64,000 nt of DNA from Guillardia theta CCMP2712 (lineage: Eukaryota; Protista; Cryptophyta): contig NW_005434633.1 in assembly GCF_000315625.1 (NCBI RefSeq), positions 23,677-87,676 of the forward strand, written 5' to 3'. The position numbers and the translations under genes were made by a program. Position 1 is the stretch's first letter; the number at the start of each line of letters is the position of its first letter. Shown piece after piece: positions 50,179-61,560 of this stretch. The notes under the pieces are model-generated. The model did no database searches and was not told the origin of the DNA. It saw nothing but the letters and a program-made list of their open reading frames with translations.

Positions 50179-51114
50179 TCACTCGGGAATTTCTTCGTTG
50201 AGGTAGTCATAGAGATCGTTAAGCGCATTCATGGCGTCAGCCTTGCAATGAAAGTAGTCGTCCGACATGTATGCTGCTAGTCCGTTGAAGAGCTCTGCTC
50301 TGAGGGCCTTGTCTCTTGATCTCATGTCAGCGACTTCCATCCTGAGGAGCTCGATTTCTGACCTGCAGGCATCGAGATCTGTTCGAATGGGAGCATAGCA
50401 CACAAACATGGGCACTTGCCAGTCGAAAAGCTCGCAAAGGTCGGGATCAGCCTTGGCCTCTGACAAGAACGATCTCACTACCTCAGCCCCGAGCTCGAAG
50501 TCTTCTCTCTTGCCATTCACCAGTATCCCCGTAGCTGCAATCCTCGCTTGCTCTCCGATAAACTCCTCCTTCAGAACGTGACATAGCCGGCTGAGCTGGT
50601 AGATCTTTTCGCACACCTTGTCTGGCGTCTCTGCCATCTCGAACGAGATGTACTCGTGCTGTTTGACATGTACTTGCTTGTAATCCGCCGACCCCGCCGG
50701 GCCCGGCATGACTGCTATGACGTCGCTCGCTGGGTTGTCTATCACGGTCTGGAGCAAGACAGAGAGATACGCATCGTGCTTCAAACAGACCGTCATGTCA
50801 GCTTGACAAACCATCCCCTCGTGAGGATCGCCTCGCTCGCTCTCTGAGGTTCCGTTAAAGAGCATGCTTGGCGGCAGGCTCTGGGGGACCTTGGACTGGA
50901 AGCAAGCATTGAGCTTCATGCGGAACCGCTGCAAAGACGCCTTGCCTCGCTCGAGCTTCTTCACGTCGCTGTAACCGAGCTCGAGGCTATGTCGTTGATA
51001 CGCTCCTACCTTGAAGACCGCAGCGAGGACCTGGAGGGGCATGGTGCGCGTGGTCGACAAGTGCGCTATGGTACCGCTGCCACGCAGCCTGAAGAGCTGT
51101 TCTTCCTCTGCCAT
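50179..51114 (-). CDS. ORF311 family copy B1
   Basis: Intact 311 aa; C-terminus NALNDLYDYLNEEIPE. Confidence 0.7.
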   Translation of the reverse strand: MAEEEQLFRLRGSGTIAHLSTTRTMPLQVLAAVFKVGAYQRHSLELGYSDVKKLERGKASLQRFRMKLNACFQSKVPQSLPPSMLFNGTSESERGDPHEGMVCQADMTVCLKHDAYLSVLLQTVIDNPASDVIAVMPGPAGSADYKQVHVKQHEYISFEMAETPDKVCEKIYQLSRLCHVLKEEFIGEQARIAATGILVNGKREDFELGAEVVRSFLSEAKADPDLCELFDWQVPMFVCYAPIRTDLDACRSEIELLRMEVADMRSRDKALRAELFNGLAAYMSDDYFHCKADAMNALNDLYDYLNEEIPE

Positions 51115-52134
51115 AGTCGCTGCCGGCGCAGCGGAAGAAGCCGCGGTCGTTGGGCCGAAGTGAAACAGGACCTATCGGGGGGGGAGTGTCTGATAGAAGA
51201 TCGCGCTGACCTCAGAGTCAGAGAGTAGAAAAGAGGAAAGGCAGCATCTCTCTGGTAGGATTGATGTTTTTTTTTTCGTTTCGAAGCAGACAACGACAAG
51301 ATCCGACAGTCGTCTTCAGCTACAGCAAGTCCGCGCCAGAGGGCCCGGCATGCTCGCTCAGTGGTCATAGTGGGGCACGAGTCGCAGGACGTGAAGTCGA
51401 GTAGGAGCGCGATCCCCCAGTCACTAGCGCAGGTGCACGTGGTCTCGACGACGCTGGAAGAGAGCCATGACCTCATCAAAGAGGAGCCTCGATAGGTGAG
51501 CTGTGGCAAGGATGCAGCAGGCGCGAGCTGAAGCTTGCTTGGCAGGTTCCTGGTTCACATCGAGACTGCGGCGCGTGAGATGAGACAGAAGGAGGAGCAG
51601 AGCGTTGTTGGGGATTGAGGTGTTTGGGAGGGACCTGTGTATACTCGAATAACAAGCGCATTGAAAGTATTTCGAGTCGGTTGTGATCATGACGCGAGCA
51701 GTCTGGTCAAGGTTCTGCACTTGAGCCTCACTTGGGAGAGTGCGGAGAGCAGAGATCCGAGTAGTCCGCTTCATGGGCGCTCGGGAGCGGGCTTGCAGTA
51801 ACATCACACGTGGGTAGGAGACCATGCAGGCAGTGGCGATACTAGTCGGGAGGTAGATGCGGGCTGTGCTCTGCTGTCAGCCGGCCGGGCTGTCGGGAGG
51901 GGTCTTGACGCATCGGTGGGCATCCCGACGGCGGGTGTGAATGCAGGCCGCACATCGTCTCGACCATAAGCAGCATTAATTACCAAGGCTGTGACAGGGA
52001 CAGCTGTGATGTATTACGATCGCAACAGGAGGCGGCTTCAAGCTATTCGCAAACTATGTCTCTCCTCCCGCACTGTGCCAGGGACTGGGTCCCGGCGCAA
52101 GCTGACGGCAGCCTAACAGCATCGCGCTTCTACA

Positions 52135-53070
52135 TCACTCGGGAATTTCTTCGTTGAGGTAGTCATAGAGATCGTTAAGCGCATTCATGGCGTCAGCCTT
52201 GCAATGAAAGTAGTCGTCCGACATGTATGCTGCTAGTCCGTTGAAGAGCTCTGCTCTGAGGGCCTTGTCTCTTGATCTCATGTCAGCGACTTCCATCCTG
52301 AGGAGCTCGATTTCTGACCTGCAGGCATCGAGATCTGTTCGAATGGGAGCATAGCACACAAACATGGGCACTTGCCAGTCGAAAAGCTCGCAAAGGTCGG
52401 GATCAGCCTTGGCCTCTGACAAGAACGATCTCACTACCTCAGCCCCGAGCTCGAAGTCTTCTCTCTTGCCATTCACCAGTATCCCCGTAGCTGCAATCCT
52501 CGCTTGCTCTCCGATAAACTCCTCCTTCAGAACGTGACATAGCCGGCTGAGCTGGTAGATCTTTTCGCACACCTTGTCTGGCGTCTCTGCCATCTCGAAC
52601 GAGATGTACTCGTGCTGTTTGACATGTACTTGCTTGTAATCCGCCGACCCCGCCGGGCCCGGCATGACTGCTATGACGTCGCTCGCTGGGTTGTCTATCA
52701 CGGTCTGGAGCAAGACAGAGAGATACGCATCGTGCTTCAAACAGACCGTCATGTCAGCTTGACAAACCATCCCCTCGTGAGGATCGCCTCGCTCGCTCTC
52801 TGAGGTTCCGTTAAAGAGCATGCTTGGCGGCAGGCTCTGGGGGACCTTGGACTGGAAGCAAGCATTGAGCTTCATGCGGAACCGCTGCAAAGACGCCTTG
52901 CCTCGCTCGAGCTTCTTCACGTCGCTGTAACCGAGCTCGAGGCTATGTCGTTGATACGCTCCTACCTTGAAGACCGCAGCGAGGACCTGGAGGGGCATGG
53001 TGCGCGTGGTCGACAAGTGCGCTATGGTACCGCTGCCACGCAGCCTGAAGAGCTGTTCTTCCTCCGCCAT
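52135..53070 (-). CDS. ORF311 family copy B2
   Basis: Intact; protein identical to B1. Confidence 0.7.
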   Translation of the reverse strand: MAEEEQLFRLRGSGTIAHLSTTRTMPLQVLAAVFKVGAYQRHSLELGYSDVKKLERGKASLQRFRMKLNACFQSKVPQSLPPSMLFNGTSESERGDPHEGMVCQADMTVCLKHDAYLSVLLQTVIDNPASDVIAVMPGPAGSADYKQVHVKQHEYISFEMAETPDKVCEKIYQLSRLCHVLKEEFIGEQARIAATGILVNGKREDFELGAEVVRSFLSEAKADPDLCELFDWQVPMFVCYAPIRTDLDACRSEIELLRMEVADMRSRDKALRAELFNGLAAYMSDDYFHCKADAMNALNDLYDYLNEEIPE

Positions 53071-54084
53071 AGTCGCTGCCGGCGCAGCGGAAGATGCCGC
53101 GGTCGTTCCCCTTCAAGGCTTGCATCATGGGCCATATTACCTTCAGTAGTAGTGTGACCTCTTCCGACATCACGCTATGTGTACGACGCTGGGAACGCTG
53201 GGGAGGAGAAGGATCTGGATCAATGGTGAGACCCTTTTCTGCTGTGTGCTGATCCGACAGTCGTCTTCAGCTACAGCAAGTCCGCGCCAGAGGGCCCGGC
53301 ATGCTCGCTCAGTGGTCATAGTGGGGCACGAGTCGCAGGACGTCAAGCCGAGTAGGAGCGCGATCCCCAAGTCACTAGCGCAGGTGCACGTGGTCTCGAC
53401 GACGCTGGAAGAGAGCCATGACCTCATCAAAGAGGAGTTCGATAGGTGAGCTGTGGCAAGGATGCAGCAGGCGCGAGCTGAAGCTTGCTTGGCAGGTTCC
53501 TGGTTCACATCGAGACTGCGGCGCGTGAGATGAGACAGAAGGAGGAGCAGAGCGTTGTTGGGGATTGAGGTGTTTGGGAGGGACCTGTGTATACTCGAAT
53601 AACAAGCGCATTGAAAGTATTTCGAGTCGGTTGTGATCGTGACGCGAGCAGTCTGGTCAAGGTGCTGCACTTGAGCCTCACTTGGGAGAGTGCGGAGAGC
53701 AGAGATCCGAGTAGTCCGCTTCATGGGCGCTCGGGAGCGGGCTTGCAGTAACATCCCACGTGGGTAGGAGACCATGCAGGCTGTGGCGATACTAGTCGGG
53801 AGGTAGATGCGGGCTGTGCTCTGCTGTCAGCCGGCCGGGCTGTCGGGAGAGGTCTGGACACATCGGTGGGCATCCCGACGGCGGGTGTGAATGCAGGCCG
53901 CACATCGTCTCGACCATAAGCAGCATTAATTACCAAGGCTGTGACAGGGACAGCTGTGATGTATTACGATCGCAACAGGAGGCGGCTTCAAGCTATTCGC
54001 AAACTATGTCTCTCCTCCCGCACTGTGCCAGGGACTGGGTCCCGGCGCAAGCTGACGGCAGCCTTACAGCATCGCGCTTCTACA

Positions 54085-55020
54085 TCACTCGGTCTCATCT
54101 TCGTCGAGGTAGTCACAGAGATGGTTAAGGTCATTCATGGCGTCAGCCTTGCAATGAAAGTAGTCGTCCGACATGTATGCTGCTAGTCCGTTGAGGAGCT
54201 CTGCTCTGAGGGCCTTGTCTCTTGATCTCATGTCAGCGACTTCCATCCTGAGGAGCTCGATTTCTGACCTGCAGGCATCGAGATCTGTTCGAATGGGAGC
54301 ATAGCACACAAACATGGGCACTTGCCAGTCGAAAAGCTCGCAAAGGTCGGGATCAGCCTTGGCCTCTGACAAGAACGATCTCACTACCTCAGCCCCGAGC
54401 TCGAAGTCTTCTCTCTTGCCATTCACCAGTATCCCCGTAGCTGCAATCCTCGCTTGCTCTCCGATAAACTCCTCCTTCAGAACGTGACATAGCCGGCTGA
54501 GCTGGTAGATCTTTTCGCACACCTTGTCTGGCGTCTCTGCCATCTCGAACGAGATGTACTCGTGCTGTTTGACATGTACTTGCTTGTAATCCGCCGACCC
54601 CGCCGGGCCCGGCATGACTGCTATGACGTCGCTCGCTGGGTTGTCTATCACGGTCTGGAGCAAGACAGAGAGATACGCATCGTGCTTCAAACAGACCGTC
54701 ATGTCAGCTTGACAAACCATCCCGACGTGAGGATCGCCTCGCTTGCTCTCAGAGGTTCCGTCAAAGAGCATGCTTGGCGGCAGGCTCTGGGGGACCTTGG
54801 ACTGGAAGCAAGCATTGAGCTTCATGCGGAACCGCTGCAAAGACGCCTTGCCTCGCTCGAGCTTCTTCACGTCGCTGTAATCGAGCTGGAGGCTATGTCG
54901 TTGATACGCTCCTACCTTGAAGACCGCAGCGAGGACCTGGAGGGGCATGGTGCGCGTGGTCGACAAGTGCGCTATGGTACCGCTGCCACGCAGCCTGAAG
55001 AGCTGTTCTTCCTCCGCCAT
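54085..55020 (-). CDS. ORF311 family copy B3
   Basis: Intact; C-terminus NDLNHLCDYLDEDETE. Confidence 0.7.
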   Translation of the reverse strand: MAEEEQLFRLRGSGTIAHLSTTRTMPLQVLAAVFKVGAYQRHSLQLDYSDVKKLERGKASLQRFRMKLNACFQSKVPQSLPPSMLFDGTSESKRGDPHVGMVCQADMTVCLKHDAYLSVLLQTVIDNPASDVIAVMPGPAGSADYKQVHVKQHEYISFEMAETPDKVCEKIYQLSRLCHVLKEEFIGEQARIAATGILVNGKREDFELGAEVVRSFLSEAKADPDLCELFDWQVPMFVCYAPIRTDLDACRSEIELLRMEVADMRSRDKALRAELLNGLAAYMSDDYFHCKADAMNDLNHLCDYLDEDETE

Positions 55021-56046
55021 AGTCGCTGCCGGCGCAGCGGAAGATGCCGCGGTCGTTCCCCTTCAAGGCTTGCATCATGGGCCCTATGGGGGGGGGGGTG
55101 TCTGATAGAAGATCGCGCTGACCTCAGAGTCAGAGAGTAGAAAAGAGGAAAGGCAGCATCTCTCTGGTAGGATTGATGTTTTTTTTTTCGTTTCGAAGCA
55201 GACAACGACAAGATCCGACAGTCGTCTTCAGCTACAGCAAGTCCGCGCCAGAGGGCCCGGCATGCTCGCTCAGTGGTCATAGTGGGGCACGAGTCGCAGG
55301 ACGTGAAGTCGAGTAGGAGCGCGATCCCCCAGTCACTAGCGCAGGTGCACGTGGTCTCGACGACGCTGGAAGAGAGCCATGACCTCATCAAAGAGGAGCC
55401 TCGATAGGTGAGCTGTGGCAAGGATGCAGCAGGCGCGAGCTGAAGCTTGCTTGGCAGGTTCCTGGTTCACATCGAGACTGCGGCGCGTGAGATGAGACAG
55501 AAGGAGGAGCAGAGCGTTGTTGGGGATTGAGGTGTTTGGGAGGGACCTGTGTATACTCGAATAACAAGCGCATTGAAAGTATTTCGAGTCGGTTGTGATC
55601 ATGACGCGAGCAGTCTGGTCAAGGTTCTGCACTTGAGCCTCACTTGGGAGAGTGCGGAGAGCAGAGATCCGAGTAGTCCGCTTCATGGGCGCTCGGGAGC
55701 GGGCTTGCAGTAACATCACACGTGGGTAGGAGACCATGCAGGCAGTGGCGATACTAGTCGGGAGGTAGATGCGGGCTGTGCTCTGCTGTCAGCCGGCCGG
55801 GCTGTCGGGAGGGGTCTTGACGCATCGGTGGGCATCCCGACGGCGGGTGTGAATGCAGGCCGCACATCGTCTCGACCATAAGCAGCATTAATTACCAAGG
55901 CTGTGACAGGGACAGCTGTGATGTATTACGATCGCAACAGGAGGCGGCTTCAAGCTATTCGCAAACTATGTCTCTCCTCCCGCACTGTGCCAGGGACTGG
56001 GTCCCGGCGCAAGCTGACGGCAGCCTTACAGCATCGCGCTTCTACA

Positions 56047-56982
56047 TCACTCGGTCTCATCTTCGTCGAGGTAGTCACAGAGATGGTTAAGGTCATTCAT
56101 GGCGTCAGCCTTGCAATGAAAGTAGTCGTCCGACATGTATGCTGCTAGTCCGTTGAAGAGCTCTGCTCTGAGGGCCTTGTCTCTTGATCTCATGTCAGCG
56201 ACTTCCATCCTGAGGAGCTCGATTTCTGACCTGCAGGCATCGAGATCTGTTCGAATGGGAGCATAGCACACAAACATGGGCACTTGCCAGTCGAAAAGCT
56301 CGCAAAGGTCGGGATCAGCCTTGGCCTCTGACAAGAACGATCTCACTACCTCAGCCCCGAGCTCGAAGTCTTCTCTCTTGCCATTCACCAGTATCCCCGT
56401 AGCTGCAATCCTCGCTTGCTCTCCGATAAACTCCTCCTTCAGAACGTGACATAGCCGGCTGAGCTGGTAGATCTTTTCGCACACCTTGTCTGGCGTCTCT
56501 GCCATCTCGAACGAGATGTACTCGTGCTGTTTGACATGTACTTGCTTGTAATCCGCCGACCCCGCCGGGCCCGGCATGACTGCTATGACGTCGCTCGCTG
56601 GGTTGTCTATCACGGTCTGGAGCAAGACAGAGAGATACGCATCGTGCTTCAAACAGACCGTCATGTCAGCTTGACAAACCATCCCGACGTGAGGATCGCC
56701 TCGCTTGCTCTCAGAGGTTCCGTCAAAGAGCATGCTTGGCGGCAGGCTCTGGGGGACCTTGGACTGGAAGCAAGCATTGAGCTTCATGCGGAACCGCTGC
56801 AAAGACGCCTTGCCTCGCTCGAGCTTCTTCACGTCGCTGTAACCGAGCTCGAGGCTATGTCGTTGATACGCTCCTACCTTGAAGACCGCAGCGAGGACCT
56901 GGAGGGGCATGGTGCGCGTGGTCGACAAGTGCGCTATGGTACCGCTGCCACGCAGCCTGAAGAGCTGTTCTTCCTCCGCCAT
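56047..56982 (-). CDS. ORF311 family copy B4
   Basis: Intact; has the full-length upstream flank. Confidence 0.7.
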   Translation of the reverse strand: MAEEEQLFRLRGSGTIAHLSTTRTMPLQVLAAVFKVGAYQRHSLELGYSDVKKLERGKASLQRFRMKLNACFQSKVPQSLPPSMLFDGTSESKRGDPHVGMVCQADMTVCLKHDAYLSVLLQTVIDNPASDVIAVMPGPAGSADYKQVHVKQHEYISFEMAETPDKVCEKIYQLSRLCHVLKEEFIGEQARIAATGILVNGKREDFELGAEVVRSFLSEAKADPDLCELFDWQVPMFVCYAPIRTDLDACRSEIELLRMEVADMRSRDKALRAELFNGLAAYMSDDYFHCKADAMNDLNHLCDYLDEDETE

Positions 56983-58109
56983 AGTCGCTGCCGGCGCAGC
57001 GGAAGATGCCGCGGTCGTTCCCCTTCAAGGCTTGCATCATGGGCCATATTACCTTCAGTAGTAGTGTGACCTCTTCCGACATCACGAGAATAGTTCCCAG
57101 ACTCCGACCATGGTAGTTTGGGAATTCTATGTTCGATGTATTGAGCAACCATCGGAAAGTTTATGCAACTCAGAGGTAAGGTGGTGGTTGTCAGACGATC
57201 TTGCCAAGATCGCTTCATGAACGCTCCTGGGAAGTATGAAAGATTGATACAATGATTTACACCAGCGGTCTCGAATGCGATTTCAAGGCCGCACATGGAA
57301 CAATTAGTTTGTTGCAAGGGAAAGTGGAGGGGCAGAACAGGAGGAATGACTGCGTTAGCCCGAACAGCAGTGTTCATGGCGTCAGGCAGCGCGACGGTGT
57401 CAAAGATTTTATAGCATGCATCCGCTTGAATGGAGGCCCGGGAGCCGAGGGCTTCTGTTGGTATGAATACGCATCTATGTTTATCTATCAGAACATGGCC
57501 CTCCAATCACAACACGAAGCCCCGATGGAGGAACTGATAATGGATGTTCGATCCATGCAAGTACAAACCTGTCAACTTGGCGAATCAGGATAAGCTGCTC
57601 AGCAAGTCTCAGGCGACATCTCCTCCTCTAGTAGTTGGCGTCCGCCCTGAAGTTCATAGAATCATCCCCTTGCCCTGATTCTAATTCCTCACATTGAACC
57701 TGCTAAGGTGATTCGGCATGTTCTGCCCGGCCGAACTCGGGACTTGAGCCAGGGCAAGGTTCCGTACTAGCCGGGAACCTTACTCTGAGCTGAGGCCACG
57801 ACGGGGCGGGCGGGCCTGCCTTCACTGTCTCGGAACTCGCCGGGCCAGGAGGGCCGCGACGGTTGCACGGGGTCGCATGAGTAATTATATGGGCCCGCAT
57901 GAATAAATTGCATGTGCTAGCACAAGTAGCCTGGCGGAATAGTTGCCGCAAGACTTGACAAGATCATGGTAGCTGGTTCTCCTGGAGGAGATTGCCGTGA
58001 GATTGACTTGCAGCCCGACAAGCATGCATTCCTTTGTTCAGCGCAACATTTCTTGGTCAGATCTTGCCTCTCCCTTCAAGCGAGTGCTCAGCCCTCCCGT
58101 GATGCGAGG

Positions 58110-60110
58110 TCACAGCATATCCATACTCGCTACCTCTGCCTGCTTATCCTCGGACCCCTTCTTCCATCCGTACTCCTCCAGCGCCCCGCAATTCTTGATA
58201 GTGTCGATCTGAAAATCCTCGAGCATTTCTGGCGGAACGATGAAAACTACTTTCACTTTCCAACCCTTGGTTGGGATGTTGAGCTTCTTGAGAGCTTTTG
58301 CGAAGGGAGAGAGCTTAAATGAGTGCGACGATGAAACTGTCACCTGCACAAGCTCGACCAACTTCGCACGCACATTCACAATAATAGCATCATAGCCTGG
58401 TTGAAACACGTTGATTGGCCTCAAGCATGCTCTCTCTTGAGGAAGACCCTCCATGACCTCGTTCGCATCGAAAAGAAACACTGGGCATCCCATCCAAACC
58501 TGATTCACACGTGACACGCCCTGGCGATACGTCAGGGTCAGCCCTTGCTTCACCTTCTTGAAAAATAAAAGCTCGAAAAGGTAGCCCCTTATGCTGGGAA
58601 TGCTTGTCCCATCCAACAGTCTTTTCAAAACGCCCACCTCCGCTACTTCCGCTAGCTTCATGGCGACGTACTTGCTCACGGGCATCCAGGACGCTTCTTC
58701 GCCATGCATGTACCGTGCAGTCAAGTGATTTACAGCATCCAACGAGGAGTCACCAACGATACCCTGGAACAGATTTTCTAGGTTTCGACACGATGTAAGA
58801 GCCCGATCCAGCCTCTGCTTCACCACCGCTGCCGTCTTTTCGAACATGTACCGACATGAGCCGCCAGCCAGGTAATGCTTCGACATAATCTGCTCTTCTC
58901 TCGTTCCATTCCTCTTCCGTATCCTCATACCAATGTGCACCGCAGTGTCGTGCAATGCTAGCATGGCTTTCACCCTCTTGTAGAAAGCATCGCACTTCAC
59001 TGCATTCAGGTACTCACCAGTTGTCCATGATACAACGGTGTGCGGCATCAGATTCACATCATCTTCGAACCTGTCCCGAACCTTTCCTCCAGACATCGAC
59101 GTCACAACGATAACCCGTCGATTCTGTCTGTCACCTAGGAGCCATGTCGTACATGCTCGATAGCAGTGTGCATGATGCGACTCGTGCCTTAAGTAGCCAT
59201 CGATGACCACAAGACGCTTCTCGCTGTCCGGCCAATCTTCTAGTATTTTCCTGGTCCATTTCAGCGAGCATTCTGCTGGTATCGTGCACGATCTCCTCTT
59301 AGACCGTACGATCTGAATGCACTCAGTCCCCTTAGTTGCATCGAGCTGAAAGAATGTCACGCTCCACTCCTCCATGCCAAGCGACAAGCAGAAGGCTAGC
59401 GTCGTCGTCGTCTTGCCAGTTCCCGGCGGACCTTGGATCCAGCCCAAGGCCCGGCTCTCTAACACCTGCTCCCTCAGGAAACGTTGCTGCTCGTGGAATG
59501 CTTTCCGGCAGTAAAGCAGTGTCTCGCCGTCGCCTTGCAGGTATGATGCATCGAAACGAAAGTACTTGTTGCCATGGCAAAAGCCTGTCCGCTCCAATGC
59601 TGCCTCTGACTCGACCCAGTCAATCCGTGTCCCATCGGATTTTCTGCTTTGCCTCTGGAGATCACGCAGCTGCTTCAACCGCTCTCCAAGCTGCTCTCCA
59701 AGCTGCTTCTCTCGCACTTCAAGATGCGTCACCCGCTCTACAAGGACCGTCTTCATCGTTGAATCCTGTTCATGCTCGATCCTTTTCAGAACCTCCTTGA
59801 TCTCGTGTTGTACTTCCTTGATCTCTTGTTGTGCCTGCTTGATCTCTTGTTTTACTTCCTTGATCTCTCGCTGTACCTCCTCTATCTGAAGCTTCACCTG
59901 ATCCTCTGATCCTCCTCCACCTCTCGTGTGCTTAACCAGACCCTCAGACCAGCAAGAAGGATCACGAGCAATACCGGGCCATGAAGAGATCCACTTCGAG
60001 TTGCAAGACACGGAGGAGCAAGACCATGAGTGGGCAGGAACCAGCGTCCCGACGATCATCGTCGGCAGCTCAAGCGCCAACAACTGCATCATCGTTGTAG
60101 CCACCGCCAT
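58110..60110 (-). CDS. Crinkler/RHS-like protein: N-terminal leader, coiled coil, P-loop NTPase and C-terminal restriction-endonuclease-like domain
   Basis: LYCRKAF, WIQGPPGTGKTT (Walker A), LVVIDG (Walker B), AGGSCRYMF, GYLFELLFF, LRPINVFQPGYDAI, LVQVTVSSSH. This is the NTPase+REase architecture of oomycete CRN and trypanosomatid RHS proteins. Intronless, 666 aa. Confidence 0.85.
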   Translation of the reverse strand: MAVATTMMQLLALELPTMIVGTLVPAHSWSCSSVSCNSKWISSWPGIARDPSCWSEGLVKHTRGGGGSEDQVKLQIEEVQREIKEVKQEIKQAQQEIKEVQHEIKEVLKRIEHEQDSTMKTVLVERVTHLEVREKQLGEQLGERLKQLRDLQRQSRKSDGTRIDWVESEAALERTGFCHGNKYFRFDASYLQGDGETLLYCRKAFHEQQRFLREQVLESRALGWIQGPPGTGKTTTTLAFCLSLGMEEWSVTFFQLDATKGTECIQIVRSKRRSCTIPAECSLKWTRKILEDWPDSEKRLVVIDGYLRHESHHAHCYRACTTWLLGDRQNRRVIVVTSMSGGKVRDRFEDDVNLMPHTVVSWTTGEYLNAVKCDAFYKRVKAMLALHDTAVHIGMRIRKRNGTREEQIMSKHYLAGGSCRYMFEKTAAVVKQRLDRALTSCRNLENLFQGIVGDSSLDAVNHLTARYMHGEEASWMPVSKYVAMKLAEVAEVGVLKRLLDGTSIPSIRGYLFELLFFKKVKQGLTLTYRQGVSRVNQVWMGCPVFLFDANEVMEGLPQERACLRPINVFQPGYDAIIVNVRAKLVELVQVTVSSSHSFKLSPFAKALKKLNIPTKGWKVKVVFIVPPEMLEDFQIDTIKNCGALEEYGWKKGSEDKQAEVASMDML

Positions 60111-60895
60111 CCAGCACTCAACCCAGTCCGCCTCAGAGAGATTGAACCAACCCTATGGCACGCGCAACCGTGGATGCCCTAGTATTTAAATCCTTCTTGA
60201 GGAGTTGAGTCATTATTACTACGACACATGAACCCCAACTTTGTACGTGACCCCACCATCTTCACTCAATATTCTGGTACAAATGTGTACCAATCCTTCA
60301 AGCTAAAACTATTTTAAAACAACAGCTTCGTGGAAAATGGCTAAGTCCTTTGCCAGGAGACAAGCATCCCTTGAGTCAGAGAGTAGCCTGTATCTTTCAT
60401 CTACCCAGCGAAGCAGTTCCAACAAAGAGATCGAGTAGAAACATCGAAGTGCCAAGTACAAAGCATTCACGGAAGCTTTAGTGGAAGCTTTAGCATTCAC
60501 GGAAGCCTGAATTTGCTACTCGCACACTGGCAGGTAAGAACTCTTCCCTGTAGTTGTCCTGGGTCAAAGCTCTGCTGTTCTTCCCAAAAGAATATTTCGT
60601 CGATTGAGTCAGTTATATTCTGTTTCAGGCATAAATGATCTTACATTAAATGTTGCTTCTTGATGCACATTTTCATGTCCAGTTGTAATGATGTTACTAG
60701 GCGTTTCTAGGCTAACGTACTTGATTGCGAAGCATTCGAAGTTGCGATGACCCCTTCCAGTGGGTTCACCTGTTCTTCATTCATTCTTTCCTCATGTGTC
60801 CTTCGCAAAGCTTCTCCACTTCGTTCATCGTGGATACGATCACTGATCATGAGCATTTCATCAGTTTGACCAGTATAACATTTATCTCATTCATC

Positions 60896-61390
60896 TCACC
60901 TGCTGTCAATGTCGTTTGCCTCTGCAGGTGGCCGCCGTATATACTTGTAAACTGTAATGTACGACAAGCTTTCATACTTCTTCTTCTCGTTTTCCTTCTT
61001 CCATGAATCATCCCCATAAATTTTTTCTATAAGCTTTTTGTATGCTGTGTCAAAACAATTTTGGTAATTCTCTACAGTGACTTTCTCCTGTCCCTCTAGT
61101 CCGCCTTCATCTCTTGCCATGTGCTCAAGCTTCTCCATAACTTTCCGTGCCTTGCAAAAGTTTTGCCGCATCCTTTTCTTGCGGATAAATTCCGGTTTCA
61201 ACTTCTTCAAAGGGCATATCTTTTTTGCTATTCCATTCTCAACAAATTGTTCCCCACAGTGCCAACGTTGCCACAGGTTCTTACAGTCTACCTTCTGCAC
61301 AAAATCGTAATTTTGAGGAACCATACAGATTTCACCTGTGTCCCACTTGAACAAATCGCCTTGTACTGATGAGTCCGTGCCAACACCCCA
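60896..61390 (-). pseudogene. 5'-truncated fragment resembling the GCR1_C-like C-terminal domain of Crypton/NDC10-type proteins
   Basis: FKWDTGEICMVPQNYDF..KNLWQRWHCG..ICPLKKL..FCKARKVMEKL pattern, recognised by eye only. Confidence 0.45.
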
Positions 61391-61399
61391 GGTCATGTC

Positions 61400-61560
61400 A
61401 TGCCCACTGCCGCCGCCATGAGCTTCGACACATTGAAAACCGTTTTCTTCAAATGCTGAAACCTTGCTGTGAATTCCAATCGAACTGAACTATCCGAAAC
61501 TTTCTCATGTATCTTGAAAGGTCCAACGAAACGCAACTTCATCTTTGCCACTTGTAATCT
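61400..61560 (-). mobile_element. Ty3/gypsy integrase C-terminal (GPY/F, SH3-like) fragment
   Basis: KMKLRFVGPFKIHEKVSDSSVRLEF..KTVFNVSKL fits the consensus KL.PRF.GPF.I...V....YRL.LP....HPVFHVS.L. Confidence 0.7.

Larger units (their letters stand above)
49943..57020 (-). repeat. Tandem array B: four ORF311 copies at periods 1956, 1950 and 1962 bp, inverted relative to array A
   Basis: Reverse complement of array A units, including IFT22-derived spacers. Confidence 0.95.

Noticed and set aside
49943-57020. Arrays as pure assembly duplication
   Set aside because: Copies carry distinct SNP combinations, indels and junctions; long-read confirmation is still desirable.
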